Positions 1 through 9,485 of a stretch of 64,000 nt of DNA are shown here, piece after piece. This stretch comes from Deltaproteobacteria bacterium (lineage in GTDB: Bacteria; Desulfobacterota; Syntrophia; Syntrophales; UBA2210): assembly GCA_016933965.1 (NCBI GenBank), contig JAFGTS010000034.1, forward strand, positions 2,696 to 66,695. The letters are read 5' to 3'. The notes under the pieces were generated by a model. It did no database searches, was not told the origin of the DNA, and saw only the letters and a program-made list of their open reading frames with translations. Position 1 is the stretch's first letter. The number at the start of each line of letters is the position of its first letter. The position numbers and the translations under genes are program-made.

Positions 1-1443
1 AAGGCGTTCAGTACCGGATGGGGGGTCTGGAACGCGCCGGGGAGCGATCATGTCGTTCAGATAGATCTGCGAAGAATGAACAAAATGGAGATCGACGAAA
101 AAAATATGATCGCCCTTGTCGAGCCCTATGCTTCGGGGGCACAGATCCAGTCTGAGGGTATGAAGCATGGTCTTAATCTTCATATGGTTGGTTGCGGATG
201 CCATGCTTCGCCTCTCGCAAGCGCCACGTCGCTGATGGGACCGGGTTGCAGCGGGATCACAACAGGATACAGCCCCCGCAATGTGCTGGGAGTGGAGTGG
301 GTGCTTCCCGACGGGGAGATCCTCAGGATTGGAACAGCCGGTCAGGGCACCGATGAATGGTATTACGGCGACGGGCCCGGACCGAGCTTGCGGGGCATCA
401 TGCGGGGAACACTCGGCGCCTGCGGAGGGCTGGGCGTCTTCACAAAATGTGCCTTGAAACTTTTCCCCTGGCCAGGTCCGCCGCAACCGAAGGTGTCCGG
501 CGTTCTGATGGATGCAAAGGCGGAGATACCCGATTCGCACGCCGCCTTTATGTGTTTTTTCCCCAACCTTCAGGGATTTGCCGATGCGCTCTATAAGATA
601 TCCAACGCGGAAATCGGGTATTTTCTCGGCAAGCATGCCGTTACCGGGGCTATTCTGGCGGGAACCCTGCCGCGCGCGTACAAGAATCTGGTCAAAAGCG
701 AATTCGTGCGCAGCATCTTGAAGGCACTTCAGAATACCTTTACCATCATTCTCTGCGGAAGAACTAAGCGGGAATATGAGTACCAAAACAAGGTGTTGAC
801 ACAGATCATCGATGACTGCCGGGGATTCATGCTCGACTTCAGTCATATCCCGATGATGCACTCGATGATCTGGTGGGGATTTATCAGGAACTCCCTGCCA
901 CCGGCTATTTTCAGAGCCGGCGGCAGATTTACGACGGCCCTGGGGGGATTTGAAGCGATCGATCAGGCGGTGTTCCAGAGCAAAGTCGGAGCTGAGATAA
1001 AGCAGGAGTTGATCGATTCGGGCGATCTCATGGATGATCTCGCCGATAATTCCTGGGGCGGGCTCTATGAAGGCAGCTCCTGTTTGGCCCATCAGGAGGA
1101 ACTGGCAATATTCGATCCACGTGATCCTCAGCAGAATGAAGGTTCCAGCAAATATGTCGACAAGACCATGGAAGCGGCCGCCAGGTATACGATGACCCCG
1201 GGCATAGGATTCGGCGGAGGAGGCGCCATCCCGCATGTGCTGGGCCCCATGATATGCAACTATCATCGGTGGCTTCTCAAGATTAAAGAAACCCTCGACC
1301 CGAACAACAGTTCCGACCCAAGTTTTTATATTGCACCGGAATCAGAGAAGGAACAGTATCTGAAGGAATACGCCAGGAGACGTCCGCAGGTCGCCAAACT
1401 GGTGGAACAGATACTCATGGCCGGAAAAGAAACTCCCGGTTGA
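1..1443 (+). CDS. FAD-linked oxidoreductase (VAO/PCMH-GlcD superfamily), 5'-truncated by window edge
   Basis: Frame is open from base 1 (KAFSTGWGVWNAPG...IDLRRMNK). Motifs NVLGVEWVLPDGEILRIG, GGLGVFTK and C-terminal KETLDPNN; directly followed by etfA and etfB. Confidence 0.8.
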   Translation, partial: KAFSTGWGVWNAPGSDHVVQIDLRRMNKMEIDEKNMIALVEPYASGAQIQSEGMKHGLNLHMVGCGCHASPLASATSLMGPGCSGITTGYSPRNVLGVEWVLPDGEILRIGTAGQGTDEWYYGDGPGPSLRGIMRGTLGACGGLGVFTKCALKLFPWPGPPQPKVSGVLMDAKAEIPDSHAAFMCFFPNLQGFADALYKISNAEIGYFLGKHAVTGAILAGTLPRAYKNLVKSEFVRSILKALQNTFTIILCGRTKREYEYQNKVLTQIIDDCRGFMLDFSHIPMMHSMIWWGFIRNSLPPAIFRAGGRFTTALGGFEAIDQAVFQSKVGAEIKQELIDSGDLMDDLADNSWGGLYEGSSCLAHQEELAIFDPRDPQQNEGSSKYVDKTMEAAARYTMTPGIGFGGGGAIPHVLGPMICNYHRWLLKIKETLDPNNSSDPSFYIAPESEKEQYLKEYARRRPQVAKLVEQILMAGKETPG

Positions 1444-1457
1444 GGGTGTGACCTGTT

Positions 1458-2459
1458 ATGAAATCCTCTTCGATCGCAATTATCATCGAATTGTCGGCGC
1501 AGCGGACCGTTGCGGCCGTTTCCCGGGAGTGTCTGCACATGGGCAGAAAGATCGCGGACACTCTGGGCTGCGAGCTTGCCGCCATTGTCTTGGGCAGTTC
1601 TATTGACGCCGCCGCAGTGGAAGCGACTTGCTATGATACCGATATCGTGTATGCCATCGAGCATTCTCTGCTTGAAGGTTATGAACCTGAGCTGTATCTG
1701 GCAGCCTTCCTCCATAGCTATGAGATATATCGTCCCGCCGGCATCCTCATGGGGCACTCGCTGTTTTCCCAGGACCTGGCTCCCCGCATTGCATGTACCC
1801 TCGGGGCCGGCCTGGTGATGGACGCGACGGGATTTGAATTTACCTCCGGCGAGATGCTCTTCATCAAGCCGGTTTACAGCGGCAATGTGATCGCCCACTT
1901 CTCGGTTGATACAGAACCGTTCGTGACAACCATCCGTCCAAAGTCGGAGGGGCCCGCCCTTTTTTCTTCCGAACGGCGCGGAAAGCTTGTCTCCGTTCCT
2001 GTTGCAATCGACCGGTCTCTCACCACGATCGAGGTCGTGGAAAGGGTCCACGAAGACAATCATGGCATGCGTCTTCAGAATGCGGATGTCATCGTGGCGG
2101 GAGGACGGGGAATGGGCGGCCCAGAAGGATTTGATGCGCTTGCAGACCTCGCCGGTGTTCTCGGCGGGACAGTCGGTTCGAGCAGGCCACCCTGTGACCT
2201 GGGATGGATTCCGCCGTCGACCCAGATCGGGCAAACCGGCGAAATCGTCAAGCCCGACCTGTATATCGCCGTGGGAATATCAGGATCGACCCAGCACATC
2301 ACGGGCATGGCGGGAGCAAAAACCGTCATCGCGATCAACACGGACCCCGGAGCGAACATATTCAGGATAGCCGATTATGGATTGATCGCCGATTATCATG
2401 AGGCCATCCCGGCATTCACGGAATCGCTGCGTGAGATCATCGGGGAAAGGGACACATAG
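1458..2459 (+). CDS. etfA: Electron transfer flavoprotein alpha subunit
   Basis: ADVIVAGGRGMG, QIGQTG, LYIAVGISGSTQHITGM, IAINTDPGANIF. Confidence 0.95.
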   Translation: MKSSSIAIIIELSAQRTVAAVSRECLHMGRKIADTLGCELAAIVLGSSIDAAAVEATCYDTDIVYAIEHSLLEGYEPELYLAAFLHSYEIYRPAGILMGHSLFSQDLAPRIACTLGAGLVMDATGFEFTSGEMLFIKPVYSGNVIAHFSVDTEPFVTTIRPKSEGPALFSSERRGKLVSVPVAIDRSLTTIEVVERVHEDNHGMRLQNADVIVAGGRGMGGPEGFDALADLAGVLGGTVGSSRPPCDLGWIPPSTQIGQTGEIVKPDLYIAVGISGSTQHITGMAGAKTVIAINTDPGANIFRIADYGLIADYHEAIPAFTESLREIIGERDT

Positions 2460-2470
2460 AAGGTACGGTC

Positions 2471-3271
2471 ATGCATATCATTGTCTGTATTAAGCAGGTT
2501 CCCGACCCCGAGGGGCCTCCCGATTCATTTGTCATCAACGAGGTCCTGAACAGGGTGGAGCCCCGGGGTATTCCGCCGGTTCTCAGTCTCTTCGACGAAA
2601 ACGCCCTTGAGGCAGCCCTCAGGCTGAAAGAATCTTCTGCGGAACCCGTGAAAATTTCGGTTCTCAGCGTCGGCAGACACATTTCAAAGGCTCTTATCCT
2701 CAAGGCACTGGCCGCCGGTGCCGACGAGTTCTTTAAAGTGGAAGACGAGCGCTTCCTTACCGACAGTCACGACAGCCATGCAACGGCTTCGGTTATCGTT
2801 TCATCTATCAGGAACATGGGTGAATACGATTTGATCCTCACGGGGAGACAGTCGGCTGACTGGAATGGCGGCCAGACAGGCATCGGCATAGCCTCCCTGC
2901 TCGGCATCCCCGTCGTAACTCTCGCCCGGACAGTTGAAATTGTCTCGAATACCGCTTTTGTCAAGCGGGTGTCGCCCGACGGCCATGAACTTGTCAGGGT
3001 ACCTCTTCCCGCGCTTGTCATGACAAGCAATGAAATCGGCATGTTGCGATATCCCACAATGCTTGAACGCCGGAACGCCGCGAAAAAATCGGTGACGGCA
3101 TGGGATACCGATGATATAGGATTCGTTCCGGTCCAAGCATTGACGGTATTGAAGAAACTCGGAAAACCACAATCCCGGGAAAGGCGGTGCCGGATAATAG
3201 AGGGTGTCTCACCGGCAGCAGCGGCAAAAAACCTTGTCTCTCAATTACGGGCTGACCTGGTTATCTCATAA
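2471..3271 (+). CDS. etfB: Electron transfer flavoprotein beta subunit
   Basis: MHIIVCIKQVPDP, FDENALEAAL, YDLILTGRQSAD..GQTG. Confidence 0.95.
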   Translation: MHIIVCIKQVPDPEGPPDSFVINEVLNRVEPRGIPPVLSLFDENALEAALRLKESSAEPVKISVLSVGRHISKALILKALAAGADEFFKVEDERFLTDSHDSHATASVIVSSIRNMGEYDLILTGRQSADWNGGQTGIGIASLLGIPVVTLARTVEIVSNTAFVKRVSPDGHELVRVPLPALVMTSNEIGMLRYPTMLERRNAAKKSVTAWDTDDIGFVPVQALTVLKKLGKPQSRERRCRIIEGVSPAAAAKNLVSQLRADLVIS

Positions 3272-3411
3272 AATGAATGAACTTCTCCTTCGGGGCGCTG
3301 TCGGGTTGACACCTTTTCCCTGTATTCCACCTGTCGGTCACCCCTTTTTCCCTTGACAAATCGTTCCGGCAATGGTCAGAAGTGCCCGTTTTAAATTCAG
3401 GAAGGTGTTCC

Positions 3412-3903
3412 GTGGCGGAACGTGACAGCAAACTGGTGCCGATCCTGCGTCAGGGAGTGGCAGTCGTCCAGATGGTCTTTTTCAAACGCCTGAAAGACCA
3501 CCTGGGCGATCACTATCCCGGCCGGGAGGCGGCCTTCATTCACATGCTCGCCGGCGCGATCATCAACGACATCTTCGGCACTCCCAATAGGGAGGAACCC
3601 TTCGCCTCCTTCATCATTGAGAACCGTGATATCGTCGGTGAATCGCTCAGGAGGATCCCCCTGGAGCTGGTCGACATGATGGTACCCCTGACGGACGCCC
3701 TGCGGGTGCAGGTCCTGTGCGACGGGCAGGAAGGGATCGACAGTTCATCGATCCTGGTACGTGCCAACGAGTTGAAGATCCTGCTCGTGCCGCGTGAAAT
3801 ACCATTGCCGGCACGGTTCATCCGGATGGTCCGCCGGTTGGGAAACCACTATGACATCATCCTCCCGCCGGAGATCGGGGAACCGAACAGCACCGTTCAC
3901 TGA
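3412..3903 (+). CDS. Hypothetical protein
   Basis: GTG start after AGGAAGG; upstream TTGACA at 3353; protein-like composition; no motif recognised. Confidence 0.7.
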   Translation: MAERDSKLVPILRQGVAVVQMVFFKRLKDHLGDHYPGREAAFIHMLAGAIINDIFGTPNREEPFASFIIENRDIVGESLRRIPLELVDMMVPLTDALRVQVLCDGQEGIDSSSILVRANELKILLVPREIPLPARFIRMVRRLGNHYDIILPPEIGEPNSTVH

Positions 3904-3944
3904 TCGGGGGAAGACCAGGCGGGAGCTTACAGGAAACAGGCGCA

Positions 3945-4126
3945 ATAAGCACAAAGAAACTGCTCGGCATCGTCGGATCATACCGGAAGCTGGGAAATTC
4001 CGAGATCGTTGTCAAATCGACGGCCGAAAAACTCGGAACGGACTGGGAGCTGTCCCTGATCAACCTCCCCCGCCTGAAGATCGAACCCTGCAAGGGCTGC
4101 TACGTCTGCCTGCTCGAACCGGTTCC
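3945..4126 (+). pseudogene. Truncated iron-sulfur flavoprotein / flavodoxin-family gene fragment
   Basis: Reads (ATA)STKKLLGIVGSYRKLGNSEIVVK...KIEPCKGCYVC, with the start codon as ATA. Homology stops at the 3' end of the opposite-strand DMT gene. Confidence 0.75.
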
Positions 4127-4984
4127 TCAGGCCGCTCTGATCAGGAGCATTCCACCCACGATCAGAGTGATCGCCGTTATTTTCCAGGGGGTTACTGTTT
4201 CCTTCAGCAGGAGAAACCCGAGGACCGCGCCGATGACAACGGCGAACTCCCGCAGGGCGATGACGTAACTGACCGGTGCCAGCGTATAGGCAAAAAGTAT
4301 CATCAGGTACGTCCCCAGGGAAACGATGCCGATCATCAGGATAACCCCCGTGTGGTCCCGCGCGGTCCGTACGATGGTTCCCCGGTATCTTGCAAGGAGT
4401 CGCGGCACAAGCAGAAGCACCGTTATCACGATCATGAACCAGAGGTACAGTATGGGGTTCATGGTACTGACACCGACCTTGTCCACCAGTGAATAGGCCG
4501 TGATGGTCAGGCCGACGCAGAGGGCGAACCCATAGCCTTTCCCTCCACCGGAACGCCTTCCGACAGCCATTCCCATTGCCGTGACACCGATGAAAATGAG
4601 GGTGATACCGCCGGCACCGCAGGGGGATATTCCCTCCCGGAGCACCACGCCCGCGATGATGGCGGTCAGCCCGATACCCGAACCGCGGGCAATGGGATAG
4701 ACGACCGATATTTCCCCGTATTCGTATGCCCGCGAGAGAAAGGTGAAATAGATCGAGTGGATCACTCCGGTGGCGATAACGTACCACAGGGCGGCCGGCC
4801 TGGTCGCCGCATGAATATCGTGAAAGACGACCGCCGCGGCAACGACGGGGAAAAACAGCAGGCACCCGGCACAAAGTGCCAGCCAGAGTATAACAAAGTT
4901 GCCCTCCACGTTCCGCGCGGCAAAATTCCACAGCGCGTGGCACAGGGCCGCCGTCAGAACCAGTGCAAACACCCCCAGGGTCAT
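4127..4984 (-). CDS. DMT/EamA-family transporter
   Basis: About 10 hydrophobic helices; LCHALWN, GEISVVYPIARG, YSLVDK, SYVIALRE. Confidence 0.9.
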   Translation of the reverse strand: MTLGVFALVLTAALCHALWNFAARNVEGNFVILWLALCAGCLLFFPVVAAAVVFHDIHAATRPAALWYVIATGVIHSIYFTFLSRAYEYGEISVVYPIARGSGIGLTAIIAGVVLREGISPCGAGGITLIFIGVTAMGMAVGRRSGGGKGYGFALCVGLTITAYSLVDKVGVSTMNPILYLWFMIVITVLLLVPRLLARYRGTIVRTARDHTGVILMIGIVSLGTYLMILFAYTLAPVSYVIALREFAVVIGAVLGFLLLKETVTPWKITAITLIVGGMLLIRAA

Positions 4985-5119
4985 AGTGGTCTTCTCCACG
5001 AGTGGAATCCGTGCAGGCACTCATGATATGCACTGTAACAGCTTGAATTGTCAATACATATAATTGTGACTGCTTTTGAGTAGCTGATGTCTCTCCCATC
5101 GGGACACCGGCTATAATGA

Positions 5120-5148
5120 TTGACACCCGGTTGAATTTCCGATAATTT
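5120..5148 (+). promoter_or_regulatory. Putative sigma70 promoter of the ABC importer operon
   Basis: TTGACA at 5120-5125, then GATAAT (15-bp spacer) or TAATTT (17-bp spacer). Confidence 0.5.
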
Positions 5149-5251
5149 TCAAAAACAGTCCTTATTCGACACAACGGTCCGGGACATGCCTGCAGGGCAG
5201 CCCGTGAAACATTCGTTGCGTACCCTGTTGCTCAACGAAAGGAGGGGCATC

Positions 5252-6364
5252 ATGAAAAAAACAGTATCCGTTTTATGTATCCTGGCCTTTGTATTCGGCC
5301 TTACCGTGGCAGTTGCGGCCGAAACCTTCAACGAGAAGGCGCTCTATGACGCCGCGAAGAAGGAAGGAGAGGTGAACATCTATTCCTATTCCTCACGGGT
5401 CTTCAAATTCGGAAAGACCTTCGAGGCAAAATACCCGGGCATCAAGGTGAACGGCTTCGACATGGATTCACCGGAGATCGTGACAAAGGTCCTGGCCGAG
5501 CAGGCTGCGAAGAACTACGTCGCCGACGTCATCTTCCTGAAGGACCCCGCAACGGTCGTCAATGAACTCTACCAAAAAAAACTTGTCTATAATTACGTTC
5601 CCTCGGACCTTGAAAAACTTATCCCTGCCATGTACCGGGAACCCCTTCTGGTTCACCACGCGAGCGTCGACGCGCTGGTATACAACAACGAAAAGATGAG
5701 CGCATTTCCGATAAAATCGCTCTGGGACCTCACAACGGAAGAATGGAGAGGCCGGGTCATCTTCGCTGATCCTCAGAAAATGTCGGAATTCGTTGAGGTC
5801 CTGGCAACCATCGTCCAGCATGCCGACGAAATGGCAGCCGATTACAAAAAGGTCTTCGGGAAAGAGATCACACTGAGCCCCGGTGTCGAGAACGCGGGAT
5901 ACGAGTGGATCCTCAGGCTCCTGAACAACGATGTCATCATCCTGGGATCGACGAACAGCGTATCCGAGGCGGTCGGCCTCTCCGACCAGGCGAATCCTCC
6001 CGTGGGATTTACGGCATATTCACGGCTGAGGGACAAGGAAAAGAACCCGAATCTCAAATTCGACGTGATCACTTCATTAGAACCGGTCATGGGCATCACC
6101 ACAGAGGTGGTCATCGCCATGGTGAAGGGCGGGGCACATCCCAACGCGGCCAAGCTGCTGATCCACTGGATGATGGGGGACTCACAGGGTGGAGAAGGGT
6201 ATGAACCCTACTTCGTCCTGGGTAACTTCCCCGTTCGCACGGACGTGCCGGCACCGCAAGGTTCCAAAAGCCTCGCCGAGCTGAAACTCTGGAAGGCCGA
6301 CGCCGTCTATGTCTGGAACCAGGGACAGAAGGTACTGGATTTTTGGGTGGCACACCTGAAATAG
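5252..6364 (+). CDS. ABC transporter substrate-binding protein (AfuA/FbpA-like cluster)
   Basis: Signal peptide MKKTVSVLCILAFVFGLTVAVAA after GGAGG; AAKKEGEVNIY, FEAKYPGIKV, HPNAAKLLIHW. Confidence 0.9.
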   Translation: MKKTVSVLCILAFVFGLTVAVAAETFNEKALYDAAKKEGEVNIYSYSSRVFKFGKTFEAKYPGIKVNGFDMDSPEIVTKVLAEQAAKNYVADVIFLKDPATVVNELYQKKLVYNYVPSDLEKLIPAMYREPLLVHHASVDALVYNNEKMSAFPIKSLWDLTTEEWRGRVIFADPQKMSEFVEVLATIVQHADEMAADYKKVFGKEITLSPGVENAGYEWILRLLNNDVIILGSTNSVSEAVGLSDQANPPVGFTAYSRLRDKEKNPNLKFDVITSLEPVMGITTEVVIAMVKGGAHPNAAKLLIHWMMGDSQGGEGYEPYFVLGNFPVRTDVPAPQGSKSLAELKLWKADAVYVWNQGQKVLDFWVAHLK

Positions 6365-6373
6365 CGGGATCAT

Positions 6374-6411
6374 GCGACCGGAGGGATGGGCTTCTTCCAT
6401 CCCCCGGTCGC
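6374..6411 (+). other. Intercistronic stem-loop after the binding-protein gene
   Basis: GCGACCGGAGGGATGG ... CCATCCCCCGGTCGC inverted repeat. Confidence 0.6.
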
Positions 6412-6467
6412 TCCTGTACTGAATGCAGAACCGCCGGGGCTCATGACCGCGGCGTGAACGTAATTGT

Positions 6468-8300
6468 GTGTCCTCGGCAGTCATTCCACCGGAACCCGCT
6501 GTTTCTATGAAGAATAAGAGAAAAACAAGACGTTTCAGCCGGGTCAGGAACTACATTCGACAACCCCATATCGTCATTTCTCTGGTCCTTCTGGGCATCC
6601 TCCTGTTCATCGTCATCCTTCCCTTTGCCAAGATGATAGAGGATTCATTCGTCTGGCAGTTCGCCGACATACGCCTCTCGAGGGACGCCGAGCCCGGAGC
6701 GTTGACGCTGTTTCACTGGAAGCGGGTCTTTGCCAGCACGCTCACGCAAAACATCCTTTTCCGTCCCCTGATGAATTCGGTATCAACCTCCCTGAGCGTT
6801 TCGGTCCTCGCCATGTTCATCGGTTCCGTTCTGGCCTGGCTGGTGTCGCGAACGGACCTGCCCTTTAAGAAAATAATCGCGACCACGGCGGTTTTGCCCT
6901 ATGTCATTCCTTCCTATATCCATGCCCTCGCCTGGCTGAACCTCTTTAAGAACAGCCGCATCGGCGGGGCCGTCGGGGTCTTTCAATACCTGACGGGCGT
7001 TACCCCGCCGGACTGGCTCTCGTACGGCTACCTCCCCATCGTCATCACGCTCTCGATCCATTATTTCCCCTTTACCTTTCTTCTGGTCTCGGCGGCGCTC
7101 ACGAGCATCGACTCCCGCCTTGAGGAATCGGGGGAAATACTGGGGGCTACGCGCTTCCATATCCTGCGGCGGATCACATTTCCCCTGGTTCTGCCGGCCC
7201 TCCTGTCAAGCTTCATACTGACCTTTTCCCGGGTCCTGGGAACCTTCGGAACACCTTATTTTCTCGGGACCCCTGTTCGATACTACACGCTCTCGACCCA
7301 GATCTATTCGAACATCATCAACCGCGTCCCTTCGGTGGGGTATATCCTGGCCTTTGTGCTGATCATCATCTCATCGGCCTTCATTTACCTGAACCAGCGG
7401 ATGATCGGTAAGAGCAAAAGCTTCGTGACCATTGCAGGCAAGGGGTTCAGGGTTACGGAAACACCCCTGGAAAAACTGCGCTATCCTCTCTTATGTATGA
7501 TCATCCTGCTCTTTATCGCCTCCGTCATTCTTCCCCTGGTCCTGCTGGTATGGCAGACCCTCACGCTCTATCCGAACGATTATTCGATCGAACACCTGAC
7601 AATTCTCTTCTGGATCGGGCAGGCCAACACGGCCTTTGCCGAAGGAGAGGCGGGCATACTTCGGAATCCCGCCATACTCGGGGCCGCCTGGAACAGCATC
7701 AAACTGGCCCTGGTATCCTCGGTAATTGCCGGATTTCTGGGCATTTTCATCGGCTATGCCGTGGTCAAGGGCCGAAATACAAAACTGGCCTTTGCCGTGG
7801 AACAGATGTCGTTCCTTCCCTATCTTGTTCCCGGGATCGCCTTCGGCGCCCTTTACCTTGCCCTCTTTTCACACCGAATCGGCCCGCTCCCGGCGCTGTA
7901 CGGCACATTCACGCTCGTGGCACTCGTGTGCATCGCCAAGAACCTTCCTTTCACGGGAAGGGCCGGCATCACCTCCATGCTGCAGATCGGAAGTGAGCTC
8001 GAGGAGGCATCGGAAACACTCGGTGCCCGATGGATCACGCGTTTCAGGAAGATCATCCTGCCGCTGTCGATACAGGGGGCCATTTCGGGTTTTATCCTGG
8101 TATTCATAACGGTCATGCGGGAACTTTCGCTGATCATACTCCTCGTGACCCCTGAAACGAGAACGCTCACCACCATGACCTTCCGGTATCAGGAACAGGG
8201 GTATACCCAGTTTTCGAGCGCCATCAGCGTATTGATCATAATAATCGTCGTCTTCGGCGAACTGCTCTCCCGGAGGTTCGGCAGAAAAAACGGCATATGA
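6468..8300 (+). CDS. ABC transporter permease (FbpB/AfuB-type, duplicated TM domain)
   Basis: Two EAA-like loops (RLEESGEILGA, ELEEASETLGA) and many TM helices. Confidence 0.92.
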   Translation: MSSAVIPPEPAVSMKNKRKTRRFSRVRNYIRQPHIVISLVLLGILLFIVILPFAKMIEDSFVWQFADIRLSRDAEPGALTLFHWKRVFASTLTQNILFRPLMNSVSTSLSVSVLAMFIGSVLAWLVSRTDLPFKKIIATTAVLPYVIPSYIHALAWLNLFKNSRIGGAVGVFQYLTGVTPPDWLSYGYLPIVITLSIHYFPFTFLLVSAALTSIDSRLEESGEILGATRFHILRRITFPLVLPALLSSFILTFSRVLGTFGTPYFLGTPVRYYTLSTQIYSNIINRVPSVGYILAFVLIIISSAFIYLNQRMIGKSKSFVTIAGKGFRVTETPLEKLRYPLLCMIILLFIASVILPLVLLVWQTLTLYPNDYSIEHLTILFWIGQANTAFAEGEAGILRNPAILGAAWNSIKLALVSSVIAGFLGIFIGYAVVKGRNTKLAFAVEQMSFLPYLVPGIAFGALYLALFSHRIGPLPALYGTFTLVALVCIAKNLPFTGRAGITSMLQIGSELEEASETLGARWITRFRKIILPLSIQGAISGFILVFITVMRELSLIILLVTPETRTLTTMTFRYQEQGYTQFSSAISVLIIIIVVFGELLSRRFGRKNGI

Positions 8301-8364
8301 CCGCCGGCGGGTCATGCGGCATCCGACCCCCAGGCTGACAGTACAGAAGAAATGGAAGGAATCC

Positions 8365-9465
8365 ATGGGACGTCCCATCATCGAGGTCGAAAATCTGACA
8401 AAAGTGTTCGGAAACATCATGGCTGTTGACGATGTGACCTTTTCCATAGAAGAAAAGGAGTTCCTGATCCTTCTGGGTCCGTCCGGCTGTGGAAAGACGA
8501 CCATCCTCAGGATGATAGCGGGCCTGGAAATTCCCACGGAAGGTGAGATCCGCCTGAAGGGCAGGGTCGTCTTTTCAAGCGGCAAGGGTATCTTCGTCCC
8601 CGCCCGCGAACGGGACGTCGGTCTTGTCTTTCAGAGCTATGCCCTGTGGCCCCATATGACGGTTTTCCAGAACATCGCATTCGGCCTGAAGGTGAAGCGC
8701 GAGACAGCCGCCGGGATCAAAAAGAAGGTGACCGACATTATTTCGTACATGCAGCTCGAAGGATTGAAGGACCGGTATCCCCAGGAAATGAGCGGCGGCC
8801 AGCAGCAACGGGTCGCCCTGGCACGGATGCTGGTGAGCCGGCCGGACATACTGCTCATGGACGAACCGCTTTCCAATCTTGACGCAAAGCTCCGGCTCGA
8901 CATGAGGGCCGAGATCAAGAACATACATGCCCAGACGGGAGCAACGACCGTGTATGTAACACACGACCAGGTCGAGGCACAGACCATGGCCAGCAATATC
9001 GCCGTGATCAACAAGGGTATCATCGAGCAGACAGCCCCTCCGAAGACCATATATAACAGGCCGGCCAACCTGTTCGTCGCGGATTTCATCGGGAGTCCGT
9101 CCATCAATCTGATAGAGGGGACGGCGGATACCGGTGACGACGGAAGGGTTTCCATGACCAACGCACTGTTCACGCTGAAGACCACCTATCGTGATATTCC
9201 TCCCGGCACACCGCTCGTGGCGGCCATACGGCCGGAAAACATCTCGATCGTCGCTCAGGAAGGTATCAACACCGTACAAGGAGACGTTCGGACGATCCTT
9301 CCATCGGGACCTGAAGCAGTTCTGCGGGTCCGCCATGATACGTTCGTTTTCAGTCTTCTGGTCACCCAGGAAGTGAATCTTTCCCCGGGTCAGTCGGTTC
9401 ACCTCTATCTGCCCCCGGACAACATCCTGATTTTCGACAAGGGAACAGGAAAGCTCCTGTCTTGA
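8365..9465 (+). CDS. ABC transporter ATP-binding protein
   Basis: Walker A GPSGCGKT, MSGGQQQRVALAR, DEPLSNLD, YVTHDQ, C-terminal TOBE-like domain. Confidence 0.95.
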   Translation: MGRPIIEVENLTKVFGNIMAVDDVTFSIEEKEFLILLGPSGCGKTTILRMIAGLEIPTEGEIRLKGRVVFSSGKGIFVPARERDVGLVFQSYALWPHMTVFQNIAFGLKVKRETAAGIKKKVTDIISYMQLEGLKDRYPQEMSGGQQQRVALARMLVSRPDILLMDEPLSNLDAKLRLDMRAEIKNIHAQTGATTVYVTHDQVEAQTMASNIAVINKGIIEQTAPPKTIYNRPANLFVADFIGSPSINLIEGTADTGDDGRVSMTNALFTLKTTYRDIPPGTPLVAAIRPENISIVAQEGINTVQGDVRTILPSGPEAVLRVRHDTFVFSLLVTQEVNLSPGQSVHLYLPPDNILIFDKGTGKLLS

Positions 9466-9485
9466 CGCATACGGAAGGGATAGAC

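Noticed and set aside
3978-5174. 398-aa minus-strand ORF and the overlapping 232-aa plus-strand ORF (3794-4492)
   Set aside because: Arg/Gly-rich alternative frames over the real DMT transporter and the Isf remnant
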